The position numbers were made by a program, and so were the translations under genes. The notes beneath the pieces were generated by a model. It ran no database searches, had not been told where the DNA came from, and worked only from the letters and a program-made list of their open reading frames with translations. Of a DNA stretch of 32,000 nucleotides, positions 1 through 9,481 are shown in pieces (position 1 is the first letter of the stretch; each line of letters begins with the position of its first letter). This stretch comes from Thermofilum pendens Hrk 5 (lineage in GTDB: Archaea; Thermoproteota; Thermoprotei; Thermofilales; Thermofilaceae): NCBI RefSeq assembly GCF_000015225.1, contig NC_008698.1, positions 210,001 through 242,000 on the forward strand, in the 5' to 3' direction.

Positions 1-459
1 TAGCTGCACGAAGACTATGATCTGTTGTTGCTGTGTTAGGGCTCCGTAAACGCCCCCGAGTATGTAGGCTGCCGCCTCTAACGCTGCGAAGAGGAAAGCC
101 GTGAGTTTCTGTAGACCTGCGAAAGTCCTCCTGCCTTCCGGTGTCGTGAGGTCAAGGTTTACTATCCTGCTACCGACCAGTAGCTCCCAGACTATTCCGG
201 AAGTCACTATTGGACCTATACCAAGCTCAATGAGAGTCCCCCTCTTGGACGCCATGACGACTCTTAGAAACTCGAGGGCGCCTAGAGTGCCTTGGGTCTG
301 CCTCGGAATACCGTACAGCGGTGTCTGACCCATTACGAAGTAGGCGACTAGCACCAGGGCCGTCCAGAGCAACCTTTCGCTGAGAGGCGGCTTTCTCCGT
401 GGCTTTTCTATCTCCGGGAGAAATCTAAAAACGCTGTCTAAAGATTCTTTAAGCCCCAA
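1..459 (-). CDS. secY: Preprotein translocase subunit SecY, N-terminal 153 codons (gene runs off the window start)
   Basis: Not in the ORF track because it has no stop in the window. My minus-strand translation from TTG at 459 reads LGLKESLDSVFRFLPEIEKPRRKPPLSERLLWTALVLVAYFVMGQTPLYGIP...KRGTLIELGIGPIVTSGIVWELLVGSRIV...FAGLQKL. This is the typical SecY/Sec61alpha TM1-plug-TM2 signature. It sits in the canonical position right after uL15, 2 nt downstream of its stop. Confidence 0.85.
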   Translation of the reverse strand, partial: MGLKESLDSVFRFLPEIEKPRRKPPLSERLLWTALVLVAYFVMGQTPLYGIPRQTQGTLGALEFLRVVMASKRGTLIELGIGPIVTSGIVWELLVGSRIVNLDLTTPEGRRTFAGLQKLTAFLFAALEAAAYILGGVYGALTQQQQIIVFVQL

Positions 460-461
460 GC

Positions 462-932
462 TTACTCACCGGCTTCCTGCGTTTTAGCAACCTCGACGCG
501 TCCTCCCTGCGCCTCGATCTTGCTTATAGCCCTCTTGGTAGCCACAGGAACTTTAACGATTATCTTGTTTCTCACTTGCCCAGATCCGGTGAGCTTGTTA
601 AAGCCCAGCTGTGTCAAGTCGACGACATAGGCATCGCCCTCCCGGCTGGCTAAGCCCTTCCTAAAGAACTCTTCCACTTCAGCGTCTAGTTGCCCCACGT
701 TTATCGTGCGGTACTCGACCACCAGCGATGGGTGTCTCGTGAAGCCATGTTTACCATACCAGTCAGGTGCGTATTTGACAGTCCAGGACCATTTATGCTT
801 GTGGTAGCCGACGAGACCCCTCCCACCCCTACTGCCGCTCTTCCTGTGTTGCCCAACGCGCCCCCAACCGTGGGTTCTGCTTCCGCGGTACGCCCTGCTC
901 TTCTTTTCCCGTCTCACTACCAAGCCTAACAC
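462..932 (-). CDS. rpl15: 50S ribosomal protein uL15
   Basis: ORF-track protein contains YRGSRTHGWGRVGQHRKSGSRGGRGLVGYHKHKW, the uL15 signature. The true start may be the GTG at 917 (VRREKK...), preceded by GGGAGGTG. Confidence 0.95.
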   Translation of the reverse strand: MLGLVVRREKKSRAYRGSRTHGWGRVGQHRKSGSRGGRGLVGYHKHKWSWTVKYAPDWYGKHGFTRHPSLVVEYRTINVGQLDAEVEEFFRKGLASREGDAYVVDLTQLGFNKLTGSGQVRNKIIVKVPVATKRAISKIEAQGGRVEVAKTQEAGE

Positions 933-1053
933 CTCCCGCTAATGAGACCCCAAGTACTTAAAAAATTAGCGGCGAAGCGCGAGACGCGCGCTTGGAAACC
1001 CCTGAAGCTGTTAAGCGAAAGAACAGAAGTATGTGCCTGCTTGATTACGTTCC

Positions 1054-1524
1054 TTAAAGCATTCTGAGGACAAGGTTGTTTATATCAGCTCCGCGGTAGC
1101 CGAGCTCGCCCCTGGCGTTAATGTTGCGCCGAATAGTTCCCCTAAAGCCGCCGCTCGGGGGGCGCAACCTGAACACGGGCTTTACACCGGGCAGATCCTC
1201 CAAGGACACCTTACCGGAGATCAATGCCTCGGCGAGCTCTTCGAAGCTGTTAAACCCTATCTTCTTTAAGTACTCCTCTGTTAGCCTCTTGTTGCCAGTA
1301 ATACGCCCTCTTCTCTTCAACAGCTCGACGAGTGTTTCCTTATTTATCTCCCCCCACGTGACAGCAGAGGACAGCGTCCTCTCCAGCATACCCTTTATTG
1401 ATGGATCGTCCTTGACGAGAACAGCGTGGTACACTTTGTGTAGCCTTAAGAGTTCGAGCGCCTTTTCTTCTTCCGGCCTCCTATCCGGTTGACCTCTAAG
1501 CCTTATCACCAGGTACAGCGCCAT
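1054..1524 (-). CDS. rpl30: 50S ribosomal protein uL30 (L7e type)
   Basis: 156-aa protein MALYLVIRLRGQPD...VFRLRPPSGGF...GYRG..IN.L, in the operon position between uS5 and uL15. Confidence 0.93.
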   Translation of the reverse strand: MALYLVIRLRGQPDRRPEEEKALELLRLHKVYHAVLVKDDPSIKGMLERTLSSAVTWGEINKETLVELLKRRGRITGNKRLTEEYLKKIGFNSFEELAEALISGKVSLEDLPGVKPVFRLRPPSGGFRGTIRRNINARGELGYRGADINNLVLRML

Positions 1525-1530
1525 GCCGGG

Positions 1531-2157
1531 TCACCACTGATCCGGGGAGTAAAACTGGTACGTCTTCTTAAGCGCCTCGTAGACGGCTTTAGCCATGTTG
1601 TGCGTTGTCCTCGTCTCGCCGTAGGACCTTGACCACACGTCCTTTATGCCCGCAAGCCTTAGCACCGTTTTAGCTACGTCGCTCGCTACCAAGCCCACTC
1701 CTTTAGGCGCAGGTATAAGCTCGATTTTAACGCTTCCGGCCTTGCCTTCCACCTTGAACGGTATGCTGTGGGGTTCTCCGCATAGACATTCCCAGCTCCC
1801 GCAACCACGCCTCACGGGGACAATGTTCAGCTTTGCCCTTCTCGTGGCTTTCTCGATGGCTATGCCTATCTGCCTAGACTTCCCCATTCCGACTCCTACG
1901 TAGCCGTCCTCGTTTCCAACAGCGACCGTAACCTGGTACTGTGAGACTTCTCCCGAGTCTGTCTGCCTCTGCACGAAGCCCACGCTTAGAACCTCAGACT
2001 TCAATCCGGGTAGCAGTGTGTCGATGATCTCCACTTCGCGTATAGGCATGTTTCTCGCGAAGACCTCATCTATGCTCTTTATCTTGCCCTCTACCACCAG
2101 CCTTCCCAGGAGCGTTCGAGGCTGCCATTCACCAGACATGTCCCTCTCCACCTCCAC
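1531..2157 (-). CDS. rps5: 30S ribosomal protein uS5
   Basis: Contains [31 protein letters not shown] and the ...[18 protein letters not shown] uS5 motifs. Confidence 0.96.
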   Translation of the reverse strand: MEVERDMSGEWQPRTLLGRLVVEGKIKSIDEVFARNMPIREVEIIDTLLPGLKSEVLSVGFVQRQTDSGEVSQYQVTVAVGNEDGYVGVGMGKSRQIGIAIEKATRRAKLNIVPVRRGCGSWECLCGEPHSIPFKVEGKAGSVKIELIPAPKGVGLVASDVAKTVLRLAGIKDVWSRSYGETRTTHNMAKAVYEALKKTYQFYSPDQW

Positions 2158-2178
2158 AGCGATTATCGGTTAAAAACA

Positions 2179-2769
2179 TTATTGTAATGCCTCCTCGATC
2201 TTCTGCTTCACGCTGTCGAAATGCTCCGGTAGGCTTTCTGGATCAAGGCCCGCGGACAGATACCCGGAGAAGCGCAACTTGAAGAGCTCCGGGTTCGATT
2301 CTTTCAGCATCTTAGCGTAGTTAGCTATGTGCTCTCCTCTAACCCTGTCATCTTCCGGCAGTACGCCGTCTCCTACTGGGATCTTCAACCCGGCATCGAG
2401 GGCTCCCTTTACGGCCGCGAATACTCTAGAAGCCTTTACGGGCCTGTGGAGACCGATATCGACTATCGCCTCAGTAACCCCCTGTTTGAGCGCCTTTTTA
2501 GCGGCGAGGAATCCCAGCAGATAGAGAGCCGGGGTATTCCTCCTGTAGCCTTTCCAGCCGTACTTCTTCAGCTCGTTGGAGTGAGCAGATGCTATCACGA
2601 CGTCTCCCTTAGGGGTTGCCTTCGCGATCTGCACTATAGCCGTCCTTGAAAGTACGCGGACTACGAGCCTAGGCTTTCCGGAGATTATGAGTTTTCTCCT
2701 CTTGTAGTAGTTGGTCTTACCTTCTCGGCGCCTCTTCAATGGAACTCTATACCTTGCTCCTCTCGCCAC
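2179..2769 (-). CDS. rpl18: 50S ribosomal protein uL18 (L5e type)
   Basis: The N-terminus [26 protein letters not shown] and operon position support the call. Confidence 0.94.
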   Translation of the reverse strand: MARGARYRVPLKRRREGKTNYYKRRKLIISGKPRLVVRVLSRTAIVQIAKATPKGDVVIASAHSNELKKYGWKGYRRNTPALYLLGFLAAKKALKQGVTEAIVDIGLHRPVKASRVFAAVKGALDAGLKIPVGDGVLPEDDRVRGEHIANYAKMLKESNPELFKLRFSGYLSAGLDPESLPEHFDSVKQKIEEALQ

Positions 2770-3223
2770 CTTCCTCCACCCTTACCAGCTTATGCTCGGA
2801 GATGTAGAGCTTTAGGTGTGACAGACTTCTGAACATACCTCCTTTTACCAGCCTGTAGAGGTACCGGAATGTCTTCGTATCTATTTGCCCCTTCTCTTTG
2901 AGGAACTTTAGGTAGCGCCTCTGCGCGCGTACCCTGTTTATCCAGGCTCTCTTCTCGTCCACTCTGGGGCCCTTCTTGCTTCCGGGGCCTCTGCCCCTCC
3001 CCTTCTTCCTTTTAAGCCTCCTTTCGCGTACACGCCCCCTGGACGGCGTGCTCGGCGGTAGAACCCTTATGACACCATCCTTTATCAACCTACGCACGTC
3101 GCTACGGCTTATAGCCGCTGAAACTTCGTCCAGTTTATCCGGGTCTATCCATATCCTGCTCTCTCCTACACCTAGCACCTCGGATGCTAGGCGTCTAGCG
3201 AGCGACACGTCCATCCTAACCAC
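2747..3223 (-). CDS. rpl19e: 50S ribosomal protein eL19
   Basis: Contains [24 protein letters not shown]...[10 protein letters not shown]...[16 protein letters not shown], typical of eL19. It overlaps the uL18 start, suggesting translational coupling. Confidence 0.93.
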   Translation of the reverse strand: MVRMDVSLARRLASEVLGVGESRIWIDPDKLDEVSAAISRSDVRRLIKDGVIRVLPPSTPSRGRVRERRLKRKKGRGRGPGSKKGPRVDEKRAWINRVRAQRRYLKFLKEKGQIDTKTFRYLYRLVKGGMFRSLSHLKLYISEHKLVRVEEGGERSKV

Positions 3224-3695
3224 CCGCGTTTAGTATGCGGAATCCAAGCTCCTCTGCCTTTTTAATTATTTCTCCCCTCTTCTTCTTCCCGACTTTCGCG
3301 GAGATCCTTATGGCGTGCTTAGCGGGGTCTAGACCCAGCAAGTCTTTCACGCTGGATACCAGCACTTCTTCGAAGCCGGATGGGTGAAGCCCTCGGACCG
3401 CCCTTGGACCCCTGTAGCCGACCTTGACCATGGGCGGAAAGCCTTTCCTCTGCAACCTTATCTTATTGTCCAAGAAGTGTCGGGGGCTCCTCCACACGTC
3501 TTCGAGCCGTTTAAACTGCCAGATATTCATCCTCGTGAAGTGAGGCCTATGCCTGGAGATAAGTAGCCTAAGCTTCAGTAGCCTTAACTTTTCCTCGGGC
3601 AGAGCGGGCTTCCTCTTGGCCCTCTTCTCCGGCACGCTTTCCACAGTTTCCTTGGGAGTCTCTCCGGAAGCAATCCCCTTGTCCTCAGTAGACAT
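3216..3695 (-). CDS. rpl32e: 50S ribosomal protein eL32
   Basis: Contains [57 protein letters not shown], the eL32 core. It overlaps the uS8 3' end by 11 nt. Confidence 0.9.
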   Translation of the reverse strand: MSTEDKGIASGETPKETVESVPEKRAKRKPALPEEKLRLLKLRLLISRHRPHFTRMNIWQFKRLEDVWRSPRHFLDNKIRLQRKGFPPMVKVGYRGPRAVRGLHPSGFEEVLVSSVKDLLGLDPAKHAIRISAKVGKKKRGEIIKKAEELGFRILNAGG

Positions 3696-4074
3696 ACGCG
3701 AGTAACACCCCTCCTAAACCTTTTTCTTTAGCTTCCCTATGGGTCATAACTCCTTTAGGAGTTGACACGATTAGTAGGCCGACGTCCCTAGAGGGTAAGT
3801 ACTCACGCTCCCAGGCTTCGAACTCGTTTTTCTTCACGGGGTAACGCGGCTTGATAACGCCGATCTTGTTTATTCTTCCGAGCAGGTTTACGACTATCTT
3901 TCCCCCGCGTCCATCGTCTATCAGCTCGAAGTCCCCGATATAGCCAGACCTCTTCAAAGTGTCGAGCACCGCCACTATGAGCTTGGATGATGGATAGATT
4001 ACGCACTGCTTCTTCCCGCGCACCTCGTTGTTCATTATCGTCGACAAGGCGTTAGCCAGGGTATCCAGCATCAC
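3685..4074 (-). CDS. rps8: 30S ribosomal protein uS8
   Basis: The sequence [33 protein letters not shown]...GGVLLAYVY has the uS8 N- and C-terminal signatures. Confidence 0.95.
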   Translation of the reverse strand: MMLDTLANALSTIMNNEVRGKKQCVIYPSSKLIVAVLDTLKRSGYIGDFELIDDGRGGKIVVNLLGRINKIGVIKPRYPVKKNEFEAWEREYLPSRDVGLLIVSTPKGVMTHREAKEKGLGGVLLAYVY

Positions 4075-4084
4075 GGCAGACCAC

Positions 4085-4249
4085 CTACGAGTACTTCTTG
4101 AAGCCTATCTCCTCAGCAACCTCCCTGAAGCACCGCCTGCAAAGGTTCAGCCCGTAAACCCTTATTATAGCTTCGTGGGTACCGCAGCGAATGCACCTCC
4201 TGCTACCCTTTCCGTACTTTCTCTTCTTTGGAGGATGCAACTTAGCCAT
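4085..4249 (-). CDS. rps14: 30S ribosomal protein uS14 (zinc-type, 54 aa)
   Basis: Missing from the ORF track. My translation of the minus strand reads [54 protein letters not shown] followed by a stop. It has the CxxC...CxxC zinc ribbon and sits exactly between uL5 and uS8. Confidence 0.9.
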   Translation of the reverse strand: MAKLHPPKKRKYGKGSRRCIRCGTHEAIIRVYGLNLCRRCFREVAEEIGFKKYS

Positions 4250-4253
4250 CAAA

Positions 4254-4802
4254 TCACCTCTTACCCCTGATGACCTGTACTCCCAGTATTTTCTCTAAAA
4301 ACGTTATGGTCTCCTCTTTCGTCACCCTGTGGCGCGCCGGTACCTTGGACTTCTTGCGGCGCCGCCTAGCAACGCGGTAACCGGGCCTCTCCATGGCGAT
4401 TATGACATCAAAGCCGAAAATACCTACCTCTGGGTCATACTTTACTCCGGGTATCAGTATGTGCTCTTTAACGCCGAACGCTACGTTTCCGTGCCTGTCT
4501 ATGCTCTTCTCGTGTATCTTGTAGTCTACCGCCGCTAGAGCTTTCTTCAGGAAGTTTATCGCTTTCTCACCGCGTAGAGTAACCATTACTCCTATGTTTT
4601 CGCCCTTCTTAACCCCAAACTCTCTCACTGTTTTCTTCGCAGGTCTTAGAGAGGGTTTCTGCCCTGTGAGCTCTTCTAGAAGCTTCGCCGCCTTCATTAA
4701 CCTCTCTCCGCCCTCGCCTACCCCGATGTTCACCACGACCTTACCTATGAAGACCCTGCGCATCGGGTGATCTGTCTCGAGCACGGGTCCTACCTTAGCC
4801 AT
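4254..4802 (-). CDS. rpl5: 50S ribosomal protein uL5
   Basis: Contains [24 protein letters not shown] and ..[26 protein letters not shown], the uL5 motifs. Confidence 0.95.
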   Translation of the reverse strand: MAKVGPVLETDHPMRRVFIGKVVVNIGVGEGGERLMKAAKLLEELTGQKPSLRPAKKTVREFGVKKGENIGVMVTLRGEKAINFLKKALAAVDYKIHEKSIDRHGNVAFGVKEHILIPGVKYDPEVGIFGFDVIIAMERPGYRVARRRRKKSKVPARHRVTKEETITFLEKILGVQVIRGKR

Positions 4803-5557
4803 TACGCAGTCACCGTTACTAGTGGCTTCTCTTTCCCAACTGGGAGAACATACTGGAGTATAGTCCTAGACTTCGCACCGCTGGCATCCTCGAGCTCCAC
4901 GAGGGCGCGACTTCTCTTGAACACCTGCTGAATCGCGTTAATTCTACCCATGAAGCCGACGTTCCGCCCATCTACCACGATAGCCAGGGTGCCCACCTCG
5001 AACGGTACGTGACTTACTATACTCTGTCTGGGAATGGTTATCAGCAACGCGTCATATGTCTTGTAGGAAATAGCCGTCGAGTAGGCCTCGCTACCCTTCC
5101 TGATTAGTACGTTCCTCCCATCGTGTAACGTGAACTGTAGGTCTCCGTTCTTAACAGTCATCTTCCTGCGTATCTGGGCTAGCTTGTAGCCCGCCTCCTC
5201 GGGTTTGATCTCTACGAACCTTAGCTTTCTAGCAGGATCGGGTACGACCCGATAGTACTTCTCCTCCGGGATTATGTGTAGAACGTCCATTAAGCCAACA
5301 GGAAACTTGTAGTCCGTTACAACCCTACCGTCGACTTCTATGACCCTAGAGGCCAGTATTCTACGCGCCTCCTTCATCGTCTTTGCATACCCAAAGACAT
5401 CGCGCAACACTATCCCTATGGGTATGGAGCTGAGCAGGGAATGGGGACCCGGGCTAGGCTTTACTGTCCACACGTACTCTTTGCGCTTTATGGGCCAGAA
5501 CGGCGGTGCAACGCTACGCCTAAGGTGCCTCAAGGATCCTTTAACCTTCCTGCCCAC
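4802..5557 (-). CDS. rps4e: 30S ribosomal protein eS4
   Basis: The N-terminus [33 protein letters not shown] is the classic eS4 N-terminus. Confidence 0.95.
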
Positions 5558-5939
5558 TCACGACCACCTGCTTCTTCCTTTCTACTAGTTCTTTCCTCCT
5601 AGGATCGGATAGGTCGAGCTCCGTGACTACGACCTTCGAGGGATGTATCGGGAAGGGGACTTCAGTTCCATCAGCCTTGCGAAGCGTGGCGCCCTCCACG
5701 TGGATACGCCCCTTCTTCACATCCACGGAGGTCACCTTTCCCTCATGCCCTTTGAATGACCCCCTAACAATTAATACTCGGTCTCCCTTCCTTACGCGAA
5801 TCCTCTTAATCCCAAGTTTTTGCTGTAGCTCTGCAGACAGCGGTGCGACTATTTTTTTTGACCTTATATGCAGTGGTGCATCGTATACCTCCCGCTTGCG
5901 TACCTTTCCCGGCTTCGACGATGTTCCCTTGACCACCAA
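5541..5939 (-). CDS. rpl24: 50S ribosomal protein uL24
   Basis: The KOW region [37 protein letters not shown] and operon position support the call. Confidence 0.93.
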
Positions 5940-5969
5940 TGCGCACCCACAAGGCTTTTTCCACGCGCC

Positions 5970-5977
5970 TTATAAAA
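5970..5977 (-). promoter_or_regulatory. TATA-box-like element (minus-sense TTTTATAA) upstream of rpl24
   Basis: Plus-strand ttataaaa lies 31-38 nt upstream of the rpl24 ATG at 5939. This implies the operon starts here rather than at uS17/uL14. Confidence 0.4.
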
Positions 5978-6082
5978 TTTCCGTCAGTCTTACGGTCGAG
6001 CTACGCCAGCCAGGAAGGTAACAATGCGACGCCAGCGTGTGCCTACCTTGCTAGAACAGCGCCAACCGTAGAGAAGAGTTCC

Positions 6083-6490
6083 CTACTGCTGGGGCTGTTC
6101 CGCAATCAACCGATGCGCCTGGCCTTTCCTCTCTTTCTCAACCTTTACCTTGGGGGTTTGAGCTCTCAGCTCGTGCAGTATCTGTTTCTCCGGGAACACG
6201 TTCTGCCAGTCTACTTCTATTATCGGTATAACCGTGTACCGCGTATCAGACGTCCACTTGTCTGACACCGTTATCTCACCGGTGAAATTGTTGAATAGGA
6301 GAAACTTCCCGCTGAGCATCTTTTCGTTCTCGTAGAAGTATATGATGCTCGAATCTGCGCCTAGGATGAACGGTATGAAGTATATCTGTCTCGAGTCGAG
6401 CGACATGTGGTGGACTACTGGTATCTGCGCAGTGTTAAGCACGTGAACTAGGTCTTCGAGTTTCTTCAGCTTTATCATTCTAACGTCCAT
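6083..6490 (-). CDS. Hypothetical protein, 135 aa, no recognisable motif
   Basis: Long ORF on the local coding strand with balanced composition and an AT-rich upstream segment (caatattaac, minus sense). I could not assign a family. Confidence 0.5.
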   Translation of the reverse strand: MDVRMIKLKKLEDLVHVLNTAQIPVVHHMSLDSRQIYFIPFILGADSSIIYFYENEKMLSGKFLLFNNFTGEITVSDKWTSDTRYTVIPIIEVDWQNVFPEKQILHELRAQTPKVKVEKERKGQAHRLIAEQPQQ

Positions 6491-6581
6491 TTCCTGGGCC
6501 CCCTACTATGTACCGCGTCTATGTCGTTAATATTGAAAGCGGTTGTAAAAACTTCACTTGGCGTTTGCGTTGGTAAAAGGG

Positions 6582-7619
6582 CTAGCCGATTGTCCTCCTG
6601 ATGTTTTTCTCGAAGGGCGGGTAAATTATGCCCTTCTCCGTTATGATTCCCGTGACCAGTTGGGGAGGCGTTATGTCGAAAGCGTAGTAGATCGCGCTGA
6701 CGCCCTCGGGAGTTATCCTTTGACCAGCTATGTAGACAACCTCGTCCGGGCTTCTAACCTCTATCTCGATGTCTTCGGGGCCGCGCGCGTTGAGGTCGAA
6801 GGAGCTGGAGGGAGCGGCTACGTAGAACGGTATGTTGTGCACCCGTGCCACAAGCGCTAGAGGGTACGTGCCCAGCTTGTTGGCAACGTATCCTTGCGCC
6901 GTGATTCTGTCGGCGCCTGTTATCGCGAGGTCGATCTTCTCCTTCATCGCTAGTATCCCGATGCTGTTATCCGTGGCTATAACGACGTCGATCCCCGCCA
7001 TTTTGAGCTCCCAAGCCGTGAGCCGCGCACCCTGCAGGTAGGGCCGTGTCTCGAGCGCTATTACCCTGAAGTTCTTGCCCTTCTCCTTGGCAACGTACAT
7101 GGGGGCGGTAGCCGTTCCCCAGTAGCTCGTAGCCAGCGAGCCGGCGTTGCAGACCGTTATTATTGTGTCCCCGTCGCTTATCAGCTGCTCGCCTAGCTCG
7201 CCTATCCTCCTGTTAGCCTCCTCGTCTTCCCGGTGAATCTTCACGGCTTCTTCGAGTATCACTTTCCTAGCCTCCTCTACGCTTGTAGCCGTCATGGCTA
7301 CCCTTACGACCCTGTTCACTGCCCACGAGAGGTTCACCGCGGTGGGTCTCGCACTCTTCACGACCCCCGCCACCCTCTCGAGTTCCTTCATAAAGGCCTC
7401 AAGGTTCTCTCCGGGAAAGTTAACGGCGAAAAGCGCGACAGCGTAGGCTGCTGCCACGCCTATAGCCGGTGCCCCTCTAATCTCCATGTCCTTTATAGCC
7501 TTAACTACTCTCTCCCAGCTGGACGTCTCGATATACTCAAGCCTGTGCGGTAGGAGCTTTTGGTTGATAAGCCTAACCCTACCGTTAACCCATTCGATCG
7601 TTCTTGGGAGGTTCAGCAT
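6582..7619 (-). CDS. mtnA: eIF-2B alpha/beta/delta-family isomerase, methylthioribose-1-phosphate isomerase-like
   Basis: The N-terminus IEWVNGRVRLINQKLLPHRLEYIE, followed by IKDMEIRGAPAIGVAAAYA and ..GADRI.A.G.VANK.GTY..A, is the MtnA/aIF-2B family pattern. The exact substrate (MTR-1-P versus ribose-1,5-bisphosphate) cannot be decided by eye. Confidence 0.8.
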   Translation of the reverse strand: MLNLPRTIEWVNGRVRLINQKLLPHRLEYIETSSWERVVKAIKDMEIRGAPAIGVAAAYAVALFAVNFPGENLEAFMKELERVAGVVKSARPTAVNLSWAVNRVVRVAMTATSVEEARKVILEEAVKIHREDEEANRRIGELGEQLISDGDTIITVCNAGSLATSYWGTATAPMYVAKEKGKNFRVIALETRPYLQGARLTAWELKMAGIDVVIATDNSIGILAMKEKIDLAITGADRITAQGYVANKLGTYPLALVARVHNIPFYVAAPSSSFDLNARGPEDIEIEVRSPDEVVYIAGQRITPEGVSAIYYAFDITPPQLVTGIITEKGIIYPPFEKNIRRTIG

Positions 7620-7692
7620 ACGCCTTGAAGATGCCCTGCCACAAAATATTCTTAACGCGCGCCTAACCCTCTTCTCGAGAGAGTTACGGTTG

Positions 7693-8292
7693 TTAGAGCG
7701 GTATCCCCAGTAGTTGAGGGTCTTCGCGTTCGAGCAGCGAGTGTACTGCTCTAGCTACTTGCCGCGCAACCCTCAACGGCTCGGGGACCTTGCCGCTCTT
7801 CGTAGTAACGTTGAGTATACGCGATACTTCGTCCATCGCTATACCGGAGGCACGCACATAAACGTACGTCCGCGCAGGCTTCACGTATACTAGCCTTCTC
7901 GAACCCAGCGACTGGTAGGCGCGCATTCTGTGAACGTCTCCGGGGAAGTACTTCTCTATGTACTTTTCGAGGCCTTCCGATTCCTCGTAGCTTAGGCAGA
8001 TAACGGGGATTCCCGTTCTCTCGTATATTTTCTCTGGGTCGGCTATGTTAAACCACGAGATAATGCACCCATTGAGCATGATGACGTTTATGTCTCTCCT
8101 GGAGCTTCTCAGGTACATATCGACGATGGCGTCGGTAGCGTCCATCCCGCCTACACTCGCAAAGGATAGGTATACACCGTCGACAAAGCCGTCACGCCTC
8201 CAGACAACCCCTGCGATCACAGATTTCCGGGCACGCTTCCTGAAACACTCGGCAACTCCCAGTACTCGGAAGGCAGGCTTGGATACCAGCAT
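7693..8292 (-). CDS. UPF0215/DUF99-family protein (endonuclease V-like fold family)
   Basis: The pattern FRVLGVAECF...VIAGVVWRRDGFVDGV...VGGMDATDAI...INVIMLNGCIISWFNI resembles DUF99 proteins as I remember them. Not verified by search. Confidence 0.55.
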   Translation of the reverse strand: MLVSKPAFRVLGVAECFRKRARKSVIAGVVWRRDGFVDGVYLSFASVGGMDATDAIVDMYLRSSRRDINVIMLNGCIISWFNIADPEKIYERTGIPVICLSYEESEGLEKYIEKYFPGDVHRMRAYQSLGSRRLVYVKPARTYVYVRASGIAMDEVSRILNVTTKSGKVPEPLRVARQVARAVHSLLEREDPQLLGIPL

Positions 8293-8298
8293 GTCTAC

Positions 8299-9399
8299 CT
8301 AAACCACCATGTCTTTGCTGAAGAATGTCAGCAGGCGTCCTCCGCCCCTCTCCACGTACACCATGTCCTCTATGCGTACTCCGCCGTAGCCGGGCAGGTA
8401 GACTCCCGGCTCAACCGTAACTACGTCTCCTTCGAGGAGCACAGCTTCGCTCTGAAGGTTAAGGTACGGTTCCTCGTGTATATCGACGCCGACGCCGTGC
8501 CCCAGGCCGTGATTAAAGTACTGTGAAAGCCCCGCTTCCTTCAAGGCTCTGAGGGCTATTGCGTGTACTTCCCGGGCTTGTACGCCCGCCTTAATAGAGG
8601 CGAGCGCGCTTTCCTGAGCTTTAACCACCGCCTCGAATATTCTTCGCTGCTTCTCAGACGGCTCGCCGAAGACCAGGGTTCTGGTCATGTCCGAGCAGTA
8701 GCCGTCAACCTTAGCTCCCAGGTCTATCTTTACGAAGTCGCCTTTTATAAGCCTCCTCAGGCTAGGCTTCGCGTGCGGGTGAGCCGCGTGCTCCCCGAAG
8801 GCCACTATGGGTGGGAACGACGGATATGCACCGGAGGAGACTATGACCTTCAGGATCTCGGAGGCAACCTCCGACTCGGTGACCCCTGGCTCCAGCGTGT
8901 CTAGAGCCTTCCTCATAGCCAGCTCTGCGAGCCGAGCAGCTCTGTTTATTGCTTCGAGCTCCCCGGGGTCTTTCACGCGCCTTATGAGGGAGAACTCCTT
9001 GGAGTAGTCGTATAGCTGCTTCCCTGTCTTCTCCGCCAGCTTTTCCTTTGCCTCGCAGGAAGCCCCTACAACGCCGATCCTTTCGCTGCCGGACACCATT
9101 CGTGAAAGCGCCTCGTAGAAGTCACCCCGTACAACCTCCTCGTACTCGCTAACGTCTTCCCCTTCGCGTGCAAACGCCACTACGCGCAAGCCGCTTGTCT
9201 CGGATACTGCTCTGAAGTACTCGAGGCGGGAGGCGAGCGCGCTGACCTCTCCTTCTTTAGACACGACAAGCGCGGAAGGAGCGTCGCTACCCGAAAGGTA
9301 GAAGATGTTAGAAGCCGACATCACCACTAGGTAGTTAAGATCGTTGGGTACCAGGATCCTTTCAACCACTTTGGACACGTGCTGCTTAAAGTCGATCAC
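8299..9399 (-). CDS. Xaa-Pro dipeptidase / aminopeptidase P family (peptidase M24B)
   Basis: The pita-bread metal-ligand motifs are present: DLGAKVDGYCSDMTRT, HGLGHGVGVDIHEEP, VEPGVY and GGVRIED. Confidence 0.87.
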   Translation of the reverse strand: MIDFKQHVSKVVERILVPNDLNYLVVMSASNIFYLSGSDAPSALVVSKEGEVSALASRLEYFRAVSETSGLRVVAFAREGEDVSEYEEVVRGDFYEALSRMVSGSERIGVVGASCEAKEKLAEKTGKQLYDYSKEFSLIRRVKDPGELEAINRAARLAELAMRKALDTLEPGVTESEVASEILKVIVSSGAYPSFPPIVAFGEHAAHPHAKPSLRRLIKGDFVKIDLGAKVDGYCSDMTRTLVFGEPSEKQRRIFEAVVKAQESALASIKAGVQAREVHAIALRALKEAGLSQYFNHGLGHGVGVDIHEEPYLNLQSEAVLLEGDVVTVEPGVYLPGYGGVRIEDMVYVERGGGRLLTFFSKDMVV

Positions 9400-9481
9400 A
9401 AAAGCTAAAGCCTCGTTGTCGCTCTTTATTCTTATCGTCGCTAGGTTTAAGACCGCGTAGACTCCTTTCCGTGGCAGAGAT

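Noticed and set aside
101-9007. Numerous plus-strand ORFs antisense to the ribosomal protein, mtnA, DUF99 and peptidase genes (for example 101-328, 690-929, 1121-1492, 5623-6021, 6558-6860, 8563-8904)
   Set aside because: Each lies fully inside a strongly supported gene on the opposite strand and has low-complexity composition typical of antisense frames.
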